Source of the DNA: Octopus sinensis
Taxonomy: Eukaryota
Assembly: GCF_006345805.1 (NCBI RefSeq)
Contig: NC_042999.1
Location: 56,916,001 to 56,980,000 of the forward strand
Direction of reading: 5' to 3'
DNA length: 64,000 nucleotides
Below the pieces are notes generated by a model. It searched no databases, was not told the origin of the DNA, and saw nothing but the letters and a program-made list of their open reading frames with translations. The first letter of the stretch is position 1; each line of letters starts with the position of its first letter. Both the position numbers and the translations under genes were made by a program. Below, in pieces: positions 26,135-39,222 of the stretch.

Positions 26135-26522
26135 AAGTTGATTACATTGACCCCAGTGCTCAACTGGTACTTATTTTATTGACCCCAGAAAGAGATGAAA
26201 AGGCAGAGTCATCTCAGATAGCATTTGAACTCAAATCACCAAGCATCATTTCCAGCACAGTAATGATTCTACCAGCTCGTTACCTTATCTTTCCTACTCT
26301 AGGCACAACGCCTGAAATTTTGGGGAGGGGGCCAGTTGATTAGAGCGACCCCACTACGCAACCGGTACTTAATTTATCGACCCCTAAAAGATGAAAGACT
26401 AAGTCGACCCCAGTGGAATTTGAACTCAGAACGTAAAGACAGACGAAATACTGTTAAGCATTTTGCCCAGCGTGTTAATGTTTCTGCCAGCTCGCTGCCT
26501 TAGCTTGTTGCCTTATGCTACA
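26135..26522 (-). mobile_element. Two SINE F copies
   Basis: Family motifs; the second copy is well preserved. Confidence 0.8.
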
Positions 26523-26629
26523 CTAATATTAAATGGCATAATTCCACCAAACCACATGTTACCCTTAAATTATGTAACCACAATAGTATGATAAAGCAAA
26601 TAGCCACCTTCAAAGATTTCTGTATATCT

Positions 26630-27000
26630 TTTGTCTTTTAGTTGTTTCAGATATTGGCCTGTGGTCATACTGGGGCACCACCTTGAAAGATTTTAGCTGA
26701 ACAAATCAATTCCAGTACCTTTTTCATATTCTGTTGGTCTCTTTTACTGAACTGCTAAGTTACAGGGATGTAAACAAACAAATACTAATTGTCAAGCGGT
26801 GACTGGAGACAAACACAAAGATAACATACACATAGATACACACATATATACAGAAGGCTACCTTCAGTTTCTGTCCACCAAATCCACTCACCAGGCTTTA
26901 TTTGGTTTGAGGGTATAGTATAAAAAAACACTTGTTGAAGATGCCATACAGTAAGACTGAACCTGGATCCATGTAACTGGGAAGTGGCCTACATAGCTTG
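26630..27000 (-). mobile_element. SINE family B (older)
   Basis: Degenerate tail, internal CA/TA tract and head. Confidence 0.65.
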
Positions 27001-27645
27001 CAATTATGTCTGCATCAATATAATTAACTATTACAAAACCAGAGAAAAAGAAAAACACACACATTGTCCATCTTAATTAAGAGGTAGAAGCTGGTGCAAT
27101 AGGCAAAATTTCATCCACATTCAAATCTGAAGTTTCATTCTAAACTGATAAAACACACGTGCGTCCCCCCCCCCACACACACATGCTCACACACACTCAT
27201 AGCAAAATAAATTAAAAATCAATTTCTACTCTATATCAGGTTGTCAGTTTGCTATCGATCACTGAAAGCACAACCAGCTTCACCGCCATGACCATCACCA
27301 CCAAAAACCTCCATTTGAGCATACATATGTACATACATACAGACATATGTACGTATGTACGTACATACACATATGTATACATATATATACATATAAATAT
27401 ATATATATATACATATATATACATGCATACATATATATATATACATACATACATATATATATAGACATACATACATACATATATATATATATACACACAC
27501 ATACATATATATACACATACAATATATATATATATACACACACATACATATATATACACATACATACATATATATATACACACACACATACATATATATA
27601 CACATACATACATATATATATACACACACACATACATATATATAT

Positions 27646-27698
<53 letters not shown>

Positions 27699-27708
27699 AT
27701 ACGCATAC

Positions 27709-27745
<37 letters not shown>

Positions 27746-27761
27746 CACATACACATATATA

Positions 27762-27799
<38 letters not shown>

Positions 27800-27800
27800 A

Positions 27801-28139
27801 AGGGTAAAGACCCCCTTCGGTCATGAGTGACCATGGGTTTGCACCTAGAGAGTTACCCTCTGAGGCACAAGTCTGGGCAAGGTTGTTTTTTTTTATGGAA
27901 GACCAGTAGTCGCCCATGCATACCGGCCTCCCCTCTCCACGCCACTAGTGTTATCCAAGGGAAAGACAAAGGTCGATACAGCTTGGCACCTGTGACGTCG
28001 CAACTCATTTCTACAGCTGAGTGAACTGGAGCAACGTGAAAATAAAGTGTCTTGCTCAAGAACACAGCACGCAGCCCGGTCCGGGATTCAAGCTCACAAC
28101 CTCACGATCGTAAGCTCGACGCTCTAACCACTGAGCCAT
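27801..28139 (-). mobile_element. SINE family C, young-looking copy
   Basis: Colinear with the reverse complement of 7851-8145; CpGs retained. Confidence 0.85.
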
Positions 28140-28375
28140 ACATATATATACACATATACATACATACATATATATATATATACACACATATACATACATA
28201 TATATATATACACATATACATACATACATATATATATACACATATACATACATACATATATATATATACACACACACATATATATACATACATATATATA
28301 TACACACACACACATATATATACATACATATATATATACACACACACACATATATATACATACATACATATATAT

Positions 28376-28424
<49 letters not shown>

Positions 28425-28635
28425 CATATACATATATACATATACATGCATACATATAAATACATATATATATATATACATATACATGCATACATATAAA
28501 TAAATACATATATATATACATATACATGCATACATATAAATAAATACATATATATATACATATACATGCATACATATAAATAAATACATATATATATACA
28601 CGTATACATGCATACGTACATATATATATATATAT

Positions 28636-28702
28636 AATTAATTAATAAGGGTGAGAGAATTAGATACTAATTTAATAGTATACCTATTCAACACCATTTT
28701 TG

Positions 28703-28746
<44 letters not shown>

Positions 28747-28780
28747 CAAAAATGGTGTTGAATAGGTATACCCTTATTAA

Positions 28781-28786
<6 letters not shown>
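28636..28786. repeat. Inverted repeat with perfect 94-bp palindromic core (28678-28771) centred on (TA)n
   Basis: gtatacctattcaacaccatttttgtattttt-(AT)n-aaaaatacaaaaatggtgttgaataggtatac, plus outer arms taattaattaataagg / ccttattaattaatta. Confidence 0.95.
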
Positions 28787-28814
<28 letters not shown>

Positions 28815-28816
<2 letters not shown>

Positions 28817-29366
28817 GACACAAAACTCTACTTGTGAAGACGTGTTGAGGCAAGTGAGGATCAGAATCGAAATCGATCAATGGAAATTGCGGATGTGTTA
28901 CCAGTGCCGGTGGCATGTCGAAACTCTACTTGTGAAGACCCGTTGAGGCAAGTGAGGATCAGAATCGAAATCGATCAATGGAAATCGATCAATGGAAATT
29001 GCAGATGTGTTACCAGTGCCGGTGGCATGTAAGAGAACTTTCCGTTTCGCGACCGTTGCCAGCACCGCCCCGTTTCGTGTCCATTGCCAGCCTCGCCTGG
29101 CCCTCGTGCCGGTGGCACATAAAAAGCACCATCCGTTCGTGGCCGTTTGCCAGCTCTGTCTGGCACCAGTGCGGGTGGCACGTAAAAAGCACCCACTACA
29201 CTCACGGAGTGGTTGGCGTTAGGAAGGGCATCCAGCCGTAGAAACACTGCCAGATTTGACTGGGCCTGATGAAGCCTTCTGGCTTCACAGACCCCAGTAG
29301 AACCGTCCAACCCATGCTAGCATGGAAAACGGACGCTAAACGATGATGATGATGATGATGATGATA
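28815..29366 (+). mobile_element. 5'-truncated RTE copy (3' UTR only) inserted in (TA)n
   Basis: Contains cttgtgaagacc.gttgaggcaagtga and the conserved tail with (GAT)n; (TA)n on both sides; ~98-bp duplication at its 5' end. Confidence 0.85.
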
Positions 29367-30247
29367 TATATATATATATCATATCACAACAAGCTGAATG
29401 TCAAACAGGATTTAACTTTCTGAAACTGCTATTGTGAAGAATTATAGTTTGATGAAAACAATCTCAGTGTAAAGGTGACACTGAGATATTAAGGTTGACT
29501 GTTTGGACACTTACATCATCGACCAAGTTGCTCTCAAGTGAATAGGGAGTATGGTGCTTTTGAAAATACAGAAAATCAGGAGGTCATTCCTCGATACAAT
29601 GCTACAAAATATCTTTGGCCTTTATTCTCTGTATCCTTCTTCTTCTTCTTATCCTCATCTCACCCACATCTTTCCCACTCATTCTTTAATATTTTTTTTA
29701 AAAAATTTAATTTTAATCAATGTGAAAGACAAATCAATAACAACATAGTAGTGTTGGGGATTAGATGCTGTCATGACAACAGATGCTTCTCACTATCTTA
29801 CATTCAGACTTGCTGTGGCTTGCTTTATAAACGATTGTGTATGTATATGTTATATAATATAAATTGGCGTGTCTGTATATTTAATATAAGTACTTGTGTA
29901 TCTATGTCTTTTATAAATAGTTTTGTATAATATAAATCATTGTGTATGTGTATTTTCTAAAAATGATAGAGTATACATATTTTCTAAAAATGGCTATGTG
30001 TGTCTTCTATAAATAGTTGTGTGTGTCTATCTCATATTAATGGTTGTGAATGTATGCATTAGAAAAATGATTGCATGTGTAAAGGTATCTCTGTTGGATT
30101 CAACAATGAGTATTCACTTGTGCAATCAACTGAATTGCCAGTACACTGAATTAGCATCTAAGTGGTTGAACATTCCACAGACACATGTATTCTTACAGTA
30201 ATTCTTAAGGTGGAATCAGTATGACACAGTGTGATAAGACTAGATGT

Positions 30248-30473
30248 TTAACTATTTAGAGCTAAATTCTGCCATATACTGCCCAAATAGTCAATCTGGT
30301 TTATGTTCAAACTGGTCACATCCATTCTCTCACACCTAATCTGCAATATCATTCTAAAAATAATCAATGCATCAGGTTAATTTCAAAGGTATGAGATAAT
30401 GCAAAATATTCAAAACAGTGTGAATAAATAAACATTGCATTTGACTGAAAAATTTGAACACTGAAAGTTTGAA
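30248..30473. mobile_element. Degraded P2 MITE
   Basis: Internal similarity to 55925-56144 (ttatgttcaaactggtcacatcc...ctcacaccta...cattctaaaaataa). Confidence 0.6.
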
Positions 30474-30511
30474 TTATAAATGCAAACCATCCACACAGCT
30501 TTTTTATTTCT

Positions 30512-31112
30512 TATTTCTTTACTGCCCACAAGGGGCTACATACAGAGGGGACAAACAAGGATAGACAAACGGATTGAGTCGATTATATTGACCCCAGTGT
30601 GTAACTGGTACTTATTTATTTGACCCCGAAAGGATGAAAGGCAAAGTCGACCTCAGCGGAATTTGAACTCTGAACGTAGCGGCAGATGAAATACCTAATT
30701 CTTTACTACCCACAAGGGGCTAAACACAGAGGGGACGAACAAGGACAGACAAACGGAATGAGTCGATTATATCGACCCCAGTGCGTAACTGGTACTTATT
30801 TGATTGACCCCGAAAGGATGTAAGGCAAAGTTGACCTCGGCGGAATTTGAACTCTGAACGTAGTGGCAGACGAAATACCTATTTCTATTTCTTTACTACC
30901 TACAAGGGGCTAAACACAGAGGGGACGAACAAGGACAGACAAACAGATTGAGTCGATTATATCAACCCCAGTGCATAACTGGTACTTATTTAATCGACCC
31001 CGAAATGATGGAAAGCAAAGTTGACCTCGGTGGAATTTGAACTCAGAACAAAGTGGCAGACGAAATACTGCTAAGCATTTTGTCTGGCGTGCTAACGTTC
31101 CTGCCAGCTTGC
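30512..31112 (-). mobile_element. Head-to-tail trimer of SINE G
   Basis: Three ~187-bp units; two begin at the same internal point (ggtatttc); only the rightmost has the full head. Confidence 0.9.
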
Positions 31113-32319
31113 CATCCATACAGTTTCTGTCTACCCAGTTTCACTTCCAAAGCCTGAGTGAGCTCCTTCACAAGGCCATAGTAAAATACTCATGTCCAGG
31201 ATGCCAAACTGAACTTGAGATCTCAAGATTGTAAAGTAAACTTCTTTAACCATTAAACTATGATGCATCCATTTATGTATGTTCTCTTCTGTTTTTAATT
31301 ATTTAAATTCTTCCTAGCATGGAAAGCGGACGTTAAACGAACGATGATTCCTCTGTGGAAGGAGCTGGTTCCTAACAAAAATACAAAGCTCCATCGTTGA
31401 AATGTAGATAACAAAAGCAATGTCACATTTTAAACTTGAGAAAAATTTTGCGAATTTTCCTGTTCCACTTTCAGATTGCATTTGCAATGTGTGAGTTAGT
31501 TTGTTGTTTTCTTTTTCTGAAAAAAAAAAAACTTGCTTATCCAGATTATCACCAAGTGTACCAATTATTATTGGTATAAATATGAATTTAAAACCTGGAT
31601 AGGGACACTGGAAGTTTCAGAGCAGTTATCTATAGTTAAGTTCTTTCTCTTTGATTTTCAAAAAGATATTCACATCAGCAGAATAACTGATCTGTATGGC
31701 TATCTCCCTTCTTGTTCATGTCTGTCTGTCTTTATGTATGTATGTATGTATGTATGTATGTATGTATGCATGCATGCATGCATGAACGGTTGTGTATGTA
31801 TGTCTTTTATGAATGGATGTGTGTATATGTCTAATATTTAACATTTAATCTTCATGCTTGGATAGTCAGATAGAATTTATTGAAGCAGATTTTCAGCAGC
31901 TAGATGCCCTTGCTGTTGCCAACCTTTGCCTGTTCCTAAGTAAAGTAATATTTCCCCATGGCCAAATATGTTTTCATGGAAGACTGGAAATGAACAACAC
32001 TGCTTGTATGACAGTGAAGCTCATTTACAACGATCACATGATATCAAGACAAGGATACACGCAAATACACACTCATACACACATCCATATTTATGTGTAC
32101 ATAACCAGGTTTTTTCAGTTCCTGTCTACCAAATTCATTCACAAAGCTTTGGTTGGCCCAGAGCTATAGCAGAAGACATTTGCCCAAGATATCAAGCTGT
32201 GAAACTGAACTTATGCTCCTTAACCACATAGCCATACCAGCATCTCATGTACTATAATGGCTATTCATGTTCTATGTACTATAAATGCTTATGTAAGTAT
32301 ATCCAATGTACCATAAATA

Positions 32320-32875
32320 TTGGGTTGTCCGGAAAGTTTGTGCCAATTTATAGTAGCTTACATTTCGACTTATTTCAGAACATGGTTGAGTCCATGAAAT
32401 AGGATTTGACTACATCTCCATTTAGAGCACAGTTTAAGCTATCTTTTCATGGAAGAAGGTTTATATTTCTATAACCTGTGTTAATTCTGTAACCCTTTAA
32501 AATGGAAGATAAGAAAGTTCCTTTTCAGCACTTGATGCTTTGGGAACCAGACAAAAATTACTGCAGCTTGGCTGGGATGTGTTACCCCACCCTCCAGATA
32601 TTGCTCCTTCGGATTTCCACTTATTCAATCTATGCAGAATAGTCTTAATGGTAAAAATTTCAATTCCTTGGATGACGTAAAAAGATAACTTGATGAATTC
32701 TTTGCCATGAAACCACCTCAATTCTGGGAAGAGGGTATTTTCAAGTTAAAGGAAAGATGGAGATGCATTGTGCAACAAAATTGTTCATATTTGGTTGATT
32801 AAAAATGTAATGGCAAGTATTTATTGACCTTTTTCTTTCATTTAAAAATCGGCATGAACTTTCCGGACAACCCAA
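32320..32875 (+). mobile_element. Internally deleted mariner element retaining the transposase C-terminus
   Basis: TA TSD at 32318-19 and 32876-77; TIRs ttgggttgtccggaaagtt / aactttccggacaacccaa; remnants MEDKKV and LGWDVLPHPP-DIAPSDFHLF...ERWRCIVQQN. Confidence 0.92.
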
Positions 32876-33739
32876 TAGTTATTTATGAATGTCCTATGTA
32901 GAATAAGCAGTTGGGTGTGTATGTCTTATGTACTCTAAATGTTTGTGTATGCATCTGAGTGTTGATTGTGTATGTGCCTTGGAGTGTAGTGGTCTTTGAA
33001 TAGAGGTAGTACTTTTGGTGTCTGGCAGCTGTACATGGCAGAGATGGTCAGGTGGAAAGGCATCACTGGTCTTCATTCAACTCCTAGTCCCTTACTTGAT
33101 AGCTCCCAGCACCACACCCCATTTCCCCACTTCAGCTGGTGAGCTAGACTGAGTGGATGATGTTAACACCTGCACCAGTAGCTGAAAAACTCTGGGCAAA
33201 GCTTCTCAAAGAGTCACTAGCCAGGGTGGAGGAATGTGCCCAGGTCAATGGTTTAGTGTTCAGGACTAAGATACGTCTCAGGTAAAGGCATATGGTTGTG
33301 GCTAAGAGCCTGAAGTGGAATGGGTGTTACTAAGTTAACTTGCCCATGATATATTCATGATGATGACAACCAGACCAGAACCCATACCAAATTGGTCATT
33401 GCCTGGGTTAGCATCAAAGATTGGATAGGCCTCAATTTTGATGACTCATAGAGGAAGCAGGAGACTGAGAGAAGAGGCAAAATCTGGTTGTGATGTCATC
33501 TATTGATGTCCCAGTGACCACATGGTCAAGGAATAGGACGGAATGTATGTCTTATGTACTACAAATGCTTATGTATAAATGTATTGTAAAAGTAGTTGTA
33601 AATATACAAATGGATTTCTGTAAGTTATGACAATGAATATTCATTTGTTTAACATGCTGAACGATCTGCTCATTGAATTAGCATGCAAGAGGTTAAGTAT
33701 TTCACAATTAAATGTCGTTTCTTGGGCAAACCAGTGTGA

Positions 33740-33930
33740 GAAAGCTGGATTTTTAAACTACAGGTACAATTCATCTACTGAGATTTCACACAGTTTCTGT
33801 CTACACGAATTCACTCACATGGTTCAGCTCAACTCAAGGATATGCTAAATGGCACTCACCCATAGTAAGATCGAACCTGAAACCTTGTGATTGCAAAACA
33901 AACTTCTTAACCATTTAGCTATGATGCATA
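33740..33930 (-). mobile_element. Degraded tRNA-derived SINE fragment
   Basis: cgaacctgaaaccttgtgattgcaaaacaaacttcttaacca resembles reversed SINE heads elsewhere in the window. Confidence 0.45.
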
Positions 33931-35119
33931 CATTTGCGTAAGTCTTGCACAAATATTGGATATGCTTATCTTGAATATTGGTGTATATATATGCCTTCAA
34001 CAAATGGCTGTATCTGTATGTCTTCAAAAAATTACTATAATGTATGTCTTGAAAAAATGGATGTGTGTATCTGTATGCCTTCAGCAATTTCTCTCTCCTA
34101 GTCTTAGTTTTTACAACATTCTTTTCCTACCACAACAGCTTCATTTTATTTTCATTAGCATATATCGTGTGGTTTTTCACCATTACACAAATAGAAATAT
34201 GGAACACATATGTTCACACAAACAAATGCCACATGTATGCACATACATGTACAAATGCCACACACATGTTTATCACACACATACAGAAAGGCACAGATGC
34301 CAAAAAACATACACACAGTCAAACATGTACACACGTACATATTTAAATGAATTTAAAATTTTGATGGTGGTGGTGGTGGTGGGGGGGAATTGAAGACTCA
34401 AATTCTGTTACAAAGGATAATGATTACCATGAAAAAAGAAAGGGGAAAAAAAAAGAAAACGGAAAAAAAATCAGCCAGGGAATCCAATATCAGTCTTCCA
34501 AGAAATCTTGCAGCCATCAATGATTCCACGAGTCAATTTAGAATTATATATACTTATGTCATTTGATTAATATTGCCATTATCAATTATTGAAAGATGAG
34601 GACCATTGTCATCAGAGAGGGGGGGAGGGGTAAGAAAGAAAGAAAAAAAGAAAGAAAGAAAGAAAGAAAGAAAGAAGAAGAAGAAGAAGAAGAATTGCAA
34701 ATGCAGTAAACTTCATTTAATAGAATTTTGATCACAGAAAATGGAAAGTTTATATAACATTAATGCTTGCTTTGTGTAAAATAATAGTACTAAAAAACAA
34801 ACAAAAGCATATAATGATTTCTTATATTGGTACAAAACCAGACATTTTTTTTTTTGTAAGAAGAGGAATGGTCAAATTTTATTAAGTCCAGTAAATGACT
34901 GGTATTTTTTAACCTCTTCTAAAAAAAATGAAAGCAAAGGTTGAGCTTGGCAGGATTTGAACACAGAACATAAAATGTCAGAAGAAATAATCCAATGATT
35001 CCACCAATCTTGCACTATCTTACCCCTTTTGATACCAACCAGGCAGAAACCGCCTCTGGCTCTATAGTACAAATGTCTTGTTTTCAAAAGTTCTGAACTA
35101 AAATCTTCCACCAAACCTT

Positions 35120-35437
35120 AGTTTGGTGGCACGTAAAATGGCACCATTTGAGCGTGATCGTTACCAACATCGCCTTACTGGCACCTGTACTGGTGGCATG
35201 TGTAAGAAGATTCGAACGAGGTCATTGCTAGTATTGCCTGACTGGCCCCCATGCTGGTGGCTCATAAAAAGTATCCACTACACTCTCGGAGTGGTTGGCA
35301 TTAGGAAGGGCATCCAGCTGTAGAAACTCTGCCAGCTCAAGATTGGGGCCTGGTGCAGCCATCTGGTTCGCCAGCCCTCAGCCAAAATCGTCCAACCCAT
35401 GCTAGCATGGAAAGCGGACGTTAAACAATGATGATGT
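35120..35437 (+). mobile_element. Solo RTE 3' tail
   Basis: Conserved terminal module cactacactctcggagtggttggc...aacccatgctagcatggaaagcggacgttaaac. Confidence 0.85.
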
Positions 35438-36574
35438 TTATCCACTACCCTAACAATTGTTTTTTAATTTAGACACAAGGGAGGTAGTTTTGAGGAGAGG
35501 GAGTTAGTCAAAGCTATCAGTCACTGTATTTAATTGTTTTTTTTACATTCAGAGGGGTGAAAAGCAAAGTCGAGCTCATCAGCATTTTGAACTTGAAACA
35601 TACAGAACCAGAAGAATTCCGCAAAGCACAAATCCTTATTTTTTATTTTTCCAATGCTCTCTTGGTTCTGCCAATCCACCACATTTCTCCATATAATAAT
35701 AATTATATACGAAAAAAAGAAAAATAGAAAAAGAATACAGATAATAGAAAAAAAATACAGATAATATAAATATAGAGATAATAACAATTGCAACAATGAT
35801 TAGAATGCTGCTGCTCCTGTTGATGATGATGATGGTGATGATGGTAGTGGTGGTGGTGATGATGATGCCGATGATAAAATAACGTTGATAATTTTCATTT
35901 ATTTTTTTTTTTCTCTTTGGTCTTATTGCTTCTTCCTGTATACAGTAATTATTTTATGAATATCTCTGGTAAATGTGGTGGTAGCAATGGTGAGTGTTTG
36001 TACAGTTGTGTGGCTGTGTGTGAGTGTGCAAGTGAAAGAGGAATCTGAGAAGAAGAGGATGGAACTATGGCGAATGAAGCAAAGTAGAATAGGATTACAT
36101 ACCATATTAACAATGTCACATTTTTTTTCCTTTTTTATAATTTTTTTATTTTTATTTTTATATTTTTTCTGCTACATTATCATTCATCTAACCACCCAAC
36201 CCATAACCATCTTCTGTCCACCGCTACCACCTTCTTCTGCATACCATTTCTATAAAGTACAAAATGTATTTAATTATTGGCTTAACCCCATCATCCATGC
36301 CAGAATCTAATTGTTCAACCTGATAACTTTCATTTTTAATTTCCTGCTAGAAATGCTTCTCTACAATGTTCCGTTTGTCCATTCTACAAATCTTAACAGC
36401 GGGCGTTGGCATGGACTATGCATCTAAGATGCACATTATGCAATTTGTCTTAGTCAATTTGGCAAAATACTAGGAAAAGATACCTGCATTTTTCTGTGGG
36501 ATAGTTTAGCATAAACAATGGGTACCATGTAAATTGTATGGTCTCCTAGTTAAGACAATGTATTTGTATGAGAA

Positions 36575-36785
36575 AGGTGATGAGCTGGCAGAAACATTAG
36601 CACATGGGGCAAAATGCTTAGTGGTATTTCGTCTGTCTTTATGTTCTGAGTTCAAATTCCTCTGAGGTCGACTTTGCCTTTCATTCTTTTTGGGTTGATA
36701 AATTAAGTACCAGCTGCGTACTGGGGTCGATCTAATCGACTGCCTCCTCCCCCAAAATTTCAGGCCTTGTGCATAGAGTAGAAAA
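36575..36785 (+). mobile_element. SINE family F
   Basis: gagctggcagaaacattagc head, gagttcaaattcc B-box, F tail. Confidence 0.85.
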
Positions 36786-37010
36786 AAATATATTTGTATG
36801 AGAAATTGATAATGGAGTCCTCGGGTGGATGTTCAATCTGCTAGAAATAATAGCTGATGAATCCCTAGAAATAGTAGCTGAAGAATATTGAATAATGTGA
36901 GTTTTAGATACTAACTGGTAATCTGTTGGTTATGATGGCAAATGTTCCAGCTGATCCAACTGATAGAACAACATACTCATGAAACTGTCTTGCAAGTGGC
37001 TTATCCTTAA

Positions 37011-37510
37011 CCCCTTACCTGGCAAAGACGAGTTAATTCGTCTTCACCCAATTTGTCTTTTTCACAGTGCAATGAATAAACTCATCCAAAAACGTCCACA
37101 GACAAGTTTATATGTCAATTTTTGCCATTTCTTGGTATTTTCTGTTTTGTATTTTTTTTTACAAATTATGCCCAGATGTTGCACTCAGAAAAATAAATAT
37201 ATAAAAAAAAGATTTTTGAGAAGACATGCTTAAAAAAAAAGAGTAAAATAAATGTGGAATTCCCCTTTAGTTTTTTGATGATAAAGTTGTAAAAAAAAAG
37301 CAATAAATAAAAAAAATATAAAATAATATGGGAAGACGAGTTGTCTTGTTTTTGCTGAAAATGGTATCTTCAAAATAATTTTCAAGCAAAATATTGGAAA
37401 TAGATAAAAACAAAAGTTATTTCCATAATCAGAATTAAAAATTCTATAAAAAAAGCAATAAAGAATGTCTGAAATGTTTTCTCAAAAAAGAAAAGTCACT
37501 GGGGAAGGGA
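37011..37510. mobile_element. 500-bp piggyBac-type MITE
   Basis: TTAA at 37007-37010 and 37511-37514; imperfect TIRs ccccttacctgg / ctggggaaggga. Confidence 0.6.
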
Positions 37511-37539
37511 TTAATGTAGTTCTCAGGGAGATTCAGCAT

Positions 37540-37720
37540 GACACAGAATGTGACAAGGCCGGCCCTTTGAATCGTAGGTACAGCTCAGTTTTGTCAGCTG
37601 AGTGGACTGGAGTAATATCAAATAAAGCGTTTTGTTTAAGGACACAACACGTCACTGGGAATCGAACACATGACCTTAAGATCGTGAGCTGAATACCCTA
37701 ACCATTAAACCACATGCCTT
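37540..37720 (-). mobile_element. SINE related to family C
   Basis: cagctgagtggactgg...aaggacacaac...gggaatcgaac...ctaaccat motifs; related copy at 54400-54630. Confidence 0.6.
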
Positions 37721-38034
37721 CTCTGATGCACTGTCCAGATAAAAAAAACTGGATGGTCATGACTGGAACAACTTTGATCATAGGTCTTCTTGATCAGGGT
37801 TCAACTGGGGTTTAACAATAATAACACTGGTGATGGTAATACTGCCACCATTGCCACTGCCTTCATCACCAACTTCCGTATCTCACTGGGACTTTTTTTT
37901 TTTGATCTTGAAGGAATGAAAAGTGAAGCTGAACACAGCAGGATTTGAATTCAGAATGTAAAGAACTTGAACAAATAATGTAAGGCCTTTTGTTTGACAC
38001 TTTAATGAGTCAGCTTATCTGCCAACCTCCTAAT

Positions 38035-38250
38035 AACTCTTTCTGATTTAGGCACAAAGCTTAAATTTGGTAGAGGGGGCTAGTCAATTAAATGAACCCC
38101 AGTATTTGACTGATACATTATTTATCAACTCCCAAAAGGATTGAAGGCAAAGTTGACTTTGGAGGGATTTGAACTCAGGATATAAAGAACTGGAAGAAAT
38201 GCCATTGAACATTTTGTCCAACGCTAACCATTCTACCAGCTTGCCACCTT
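38035..38250 (-). mobile_element. SINE family F
   Basis: Family motifs. Confidence 0.7.
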
Positions 38251-38559
38251 CTAATAATAACAACAATAATGTTTTATAACTTAATCTCAAAGGGAAGTGA
38301 ATAAATGATATTGGTAAAAAAGCCAAACTAGGTATTTTCATTTTGGTTTTCATGCATTTCCTCATTAATGATGGGTAATGATTGTATAAGTGTGGTCAGG
38401 AACACAAAGTGGCAGAAATGGTTCATCTGAAGGATTTCTGGGGTGATGTTATTTGACAGGGTGTTTTACTCTTCAGGTTGAGTTACGACCTCTCAGCATT
38501 GAGAGGTCACAGCTCTGGTAATAAGAAGATGGGATCCTCAAATTAAGAGCATGGGATCC

Positions 38560-38938
38560 CGTGTTTGTGGATCACTCTGTCAAATGTAATGCATATTTAT
38601 TCACATTGTTTTGTATTAATCATGCTTCATCTTGTAGCTATGAGATTTTAATGATGTGATTATTTATTTTTAGGATAACATTGTAGGGTAAGTGTGAGAA
38701 GTCAGGTCAGGCCAGTTTGAATATAAAATCAGTAGAATATTTGGGTCGGATATCATCAGTTTATAGGCATAGGAGTGGCAGTGTGGTAAGTAGCTTGCTT
38801 ACCAATCACATGGTTCCGAGTTCAGTCCCACTGTGTAGCACCTTGGGCAAGTGTCCTCTACTATAGCCTAGAACCAACCAAAGCCTTGTGAGTGGATTTG
38901 GTAGACAGAAACTGAAAGAAGCCCATCATATATATGTA

Positions 38939-38974
<36 letters not shown>

Positions 38975-39222
38975 TGCGTGCGTGCATGTGTGTGTATATG
39001 TTTGTGTGTCTGTGTTTGTCCCTCCAACATCGCTTGACAACCGATGCCTGTGTGCTTACGTCCCTGTAACTTAGCGGTTCGGCAAAAAAAGACCGATAGA
39101 ATAAGTACTAGGCTTATAAAGAATAAGTCCTGGGGTCTATTTTTTTTACTAAAAGGTGGTGCTCCAGCATGGCCACAGTCAAATGACTGAAACGAGTAAA
39201 AGAGTAAATGCTAAAGGATTAA
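38560..39222. mobile_element. P2 MITE interrupted by a full SINE B (38770-39207)
   Basis: MITE body in reverse orientation, then SINE B, then the terminal atgctaaagga-TTAA. Confidence 0.7.

Larger units (their letters stand above)
27300..28815. repeat. Compound (CA)/(TA) microsatellite field surrounding a SINE C and a palindrome
   Basis: Direct reading. Confidence 0.95.

Noticed and set aside
29515-29556. 42-nt open minus-strand candidate exon (HHTPYSLESNLVDD) next to a 10-bp hairpin at 29461-29487
   Set aside because: Weaker acceptor (aaag), and splice hexamers are expected by chance at this density; not annotated without transcript data.
31475-31490. 16-nt plus-strand candidate microexon (ttccactttcag...GTGAGT)
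   Set aside because: Isolated, on the opposite strand to the other candidates, and too short to evaluate.
32950-33545. GC-richer stretch that may be an old LINE or SINE 3' region
   Set aside because: No translatable motif or second copy that I could align with confidence.
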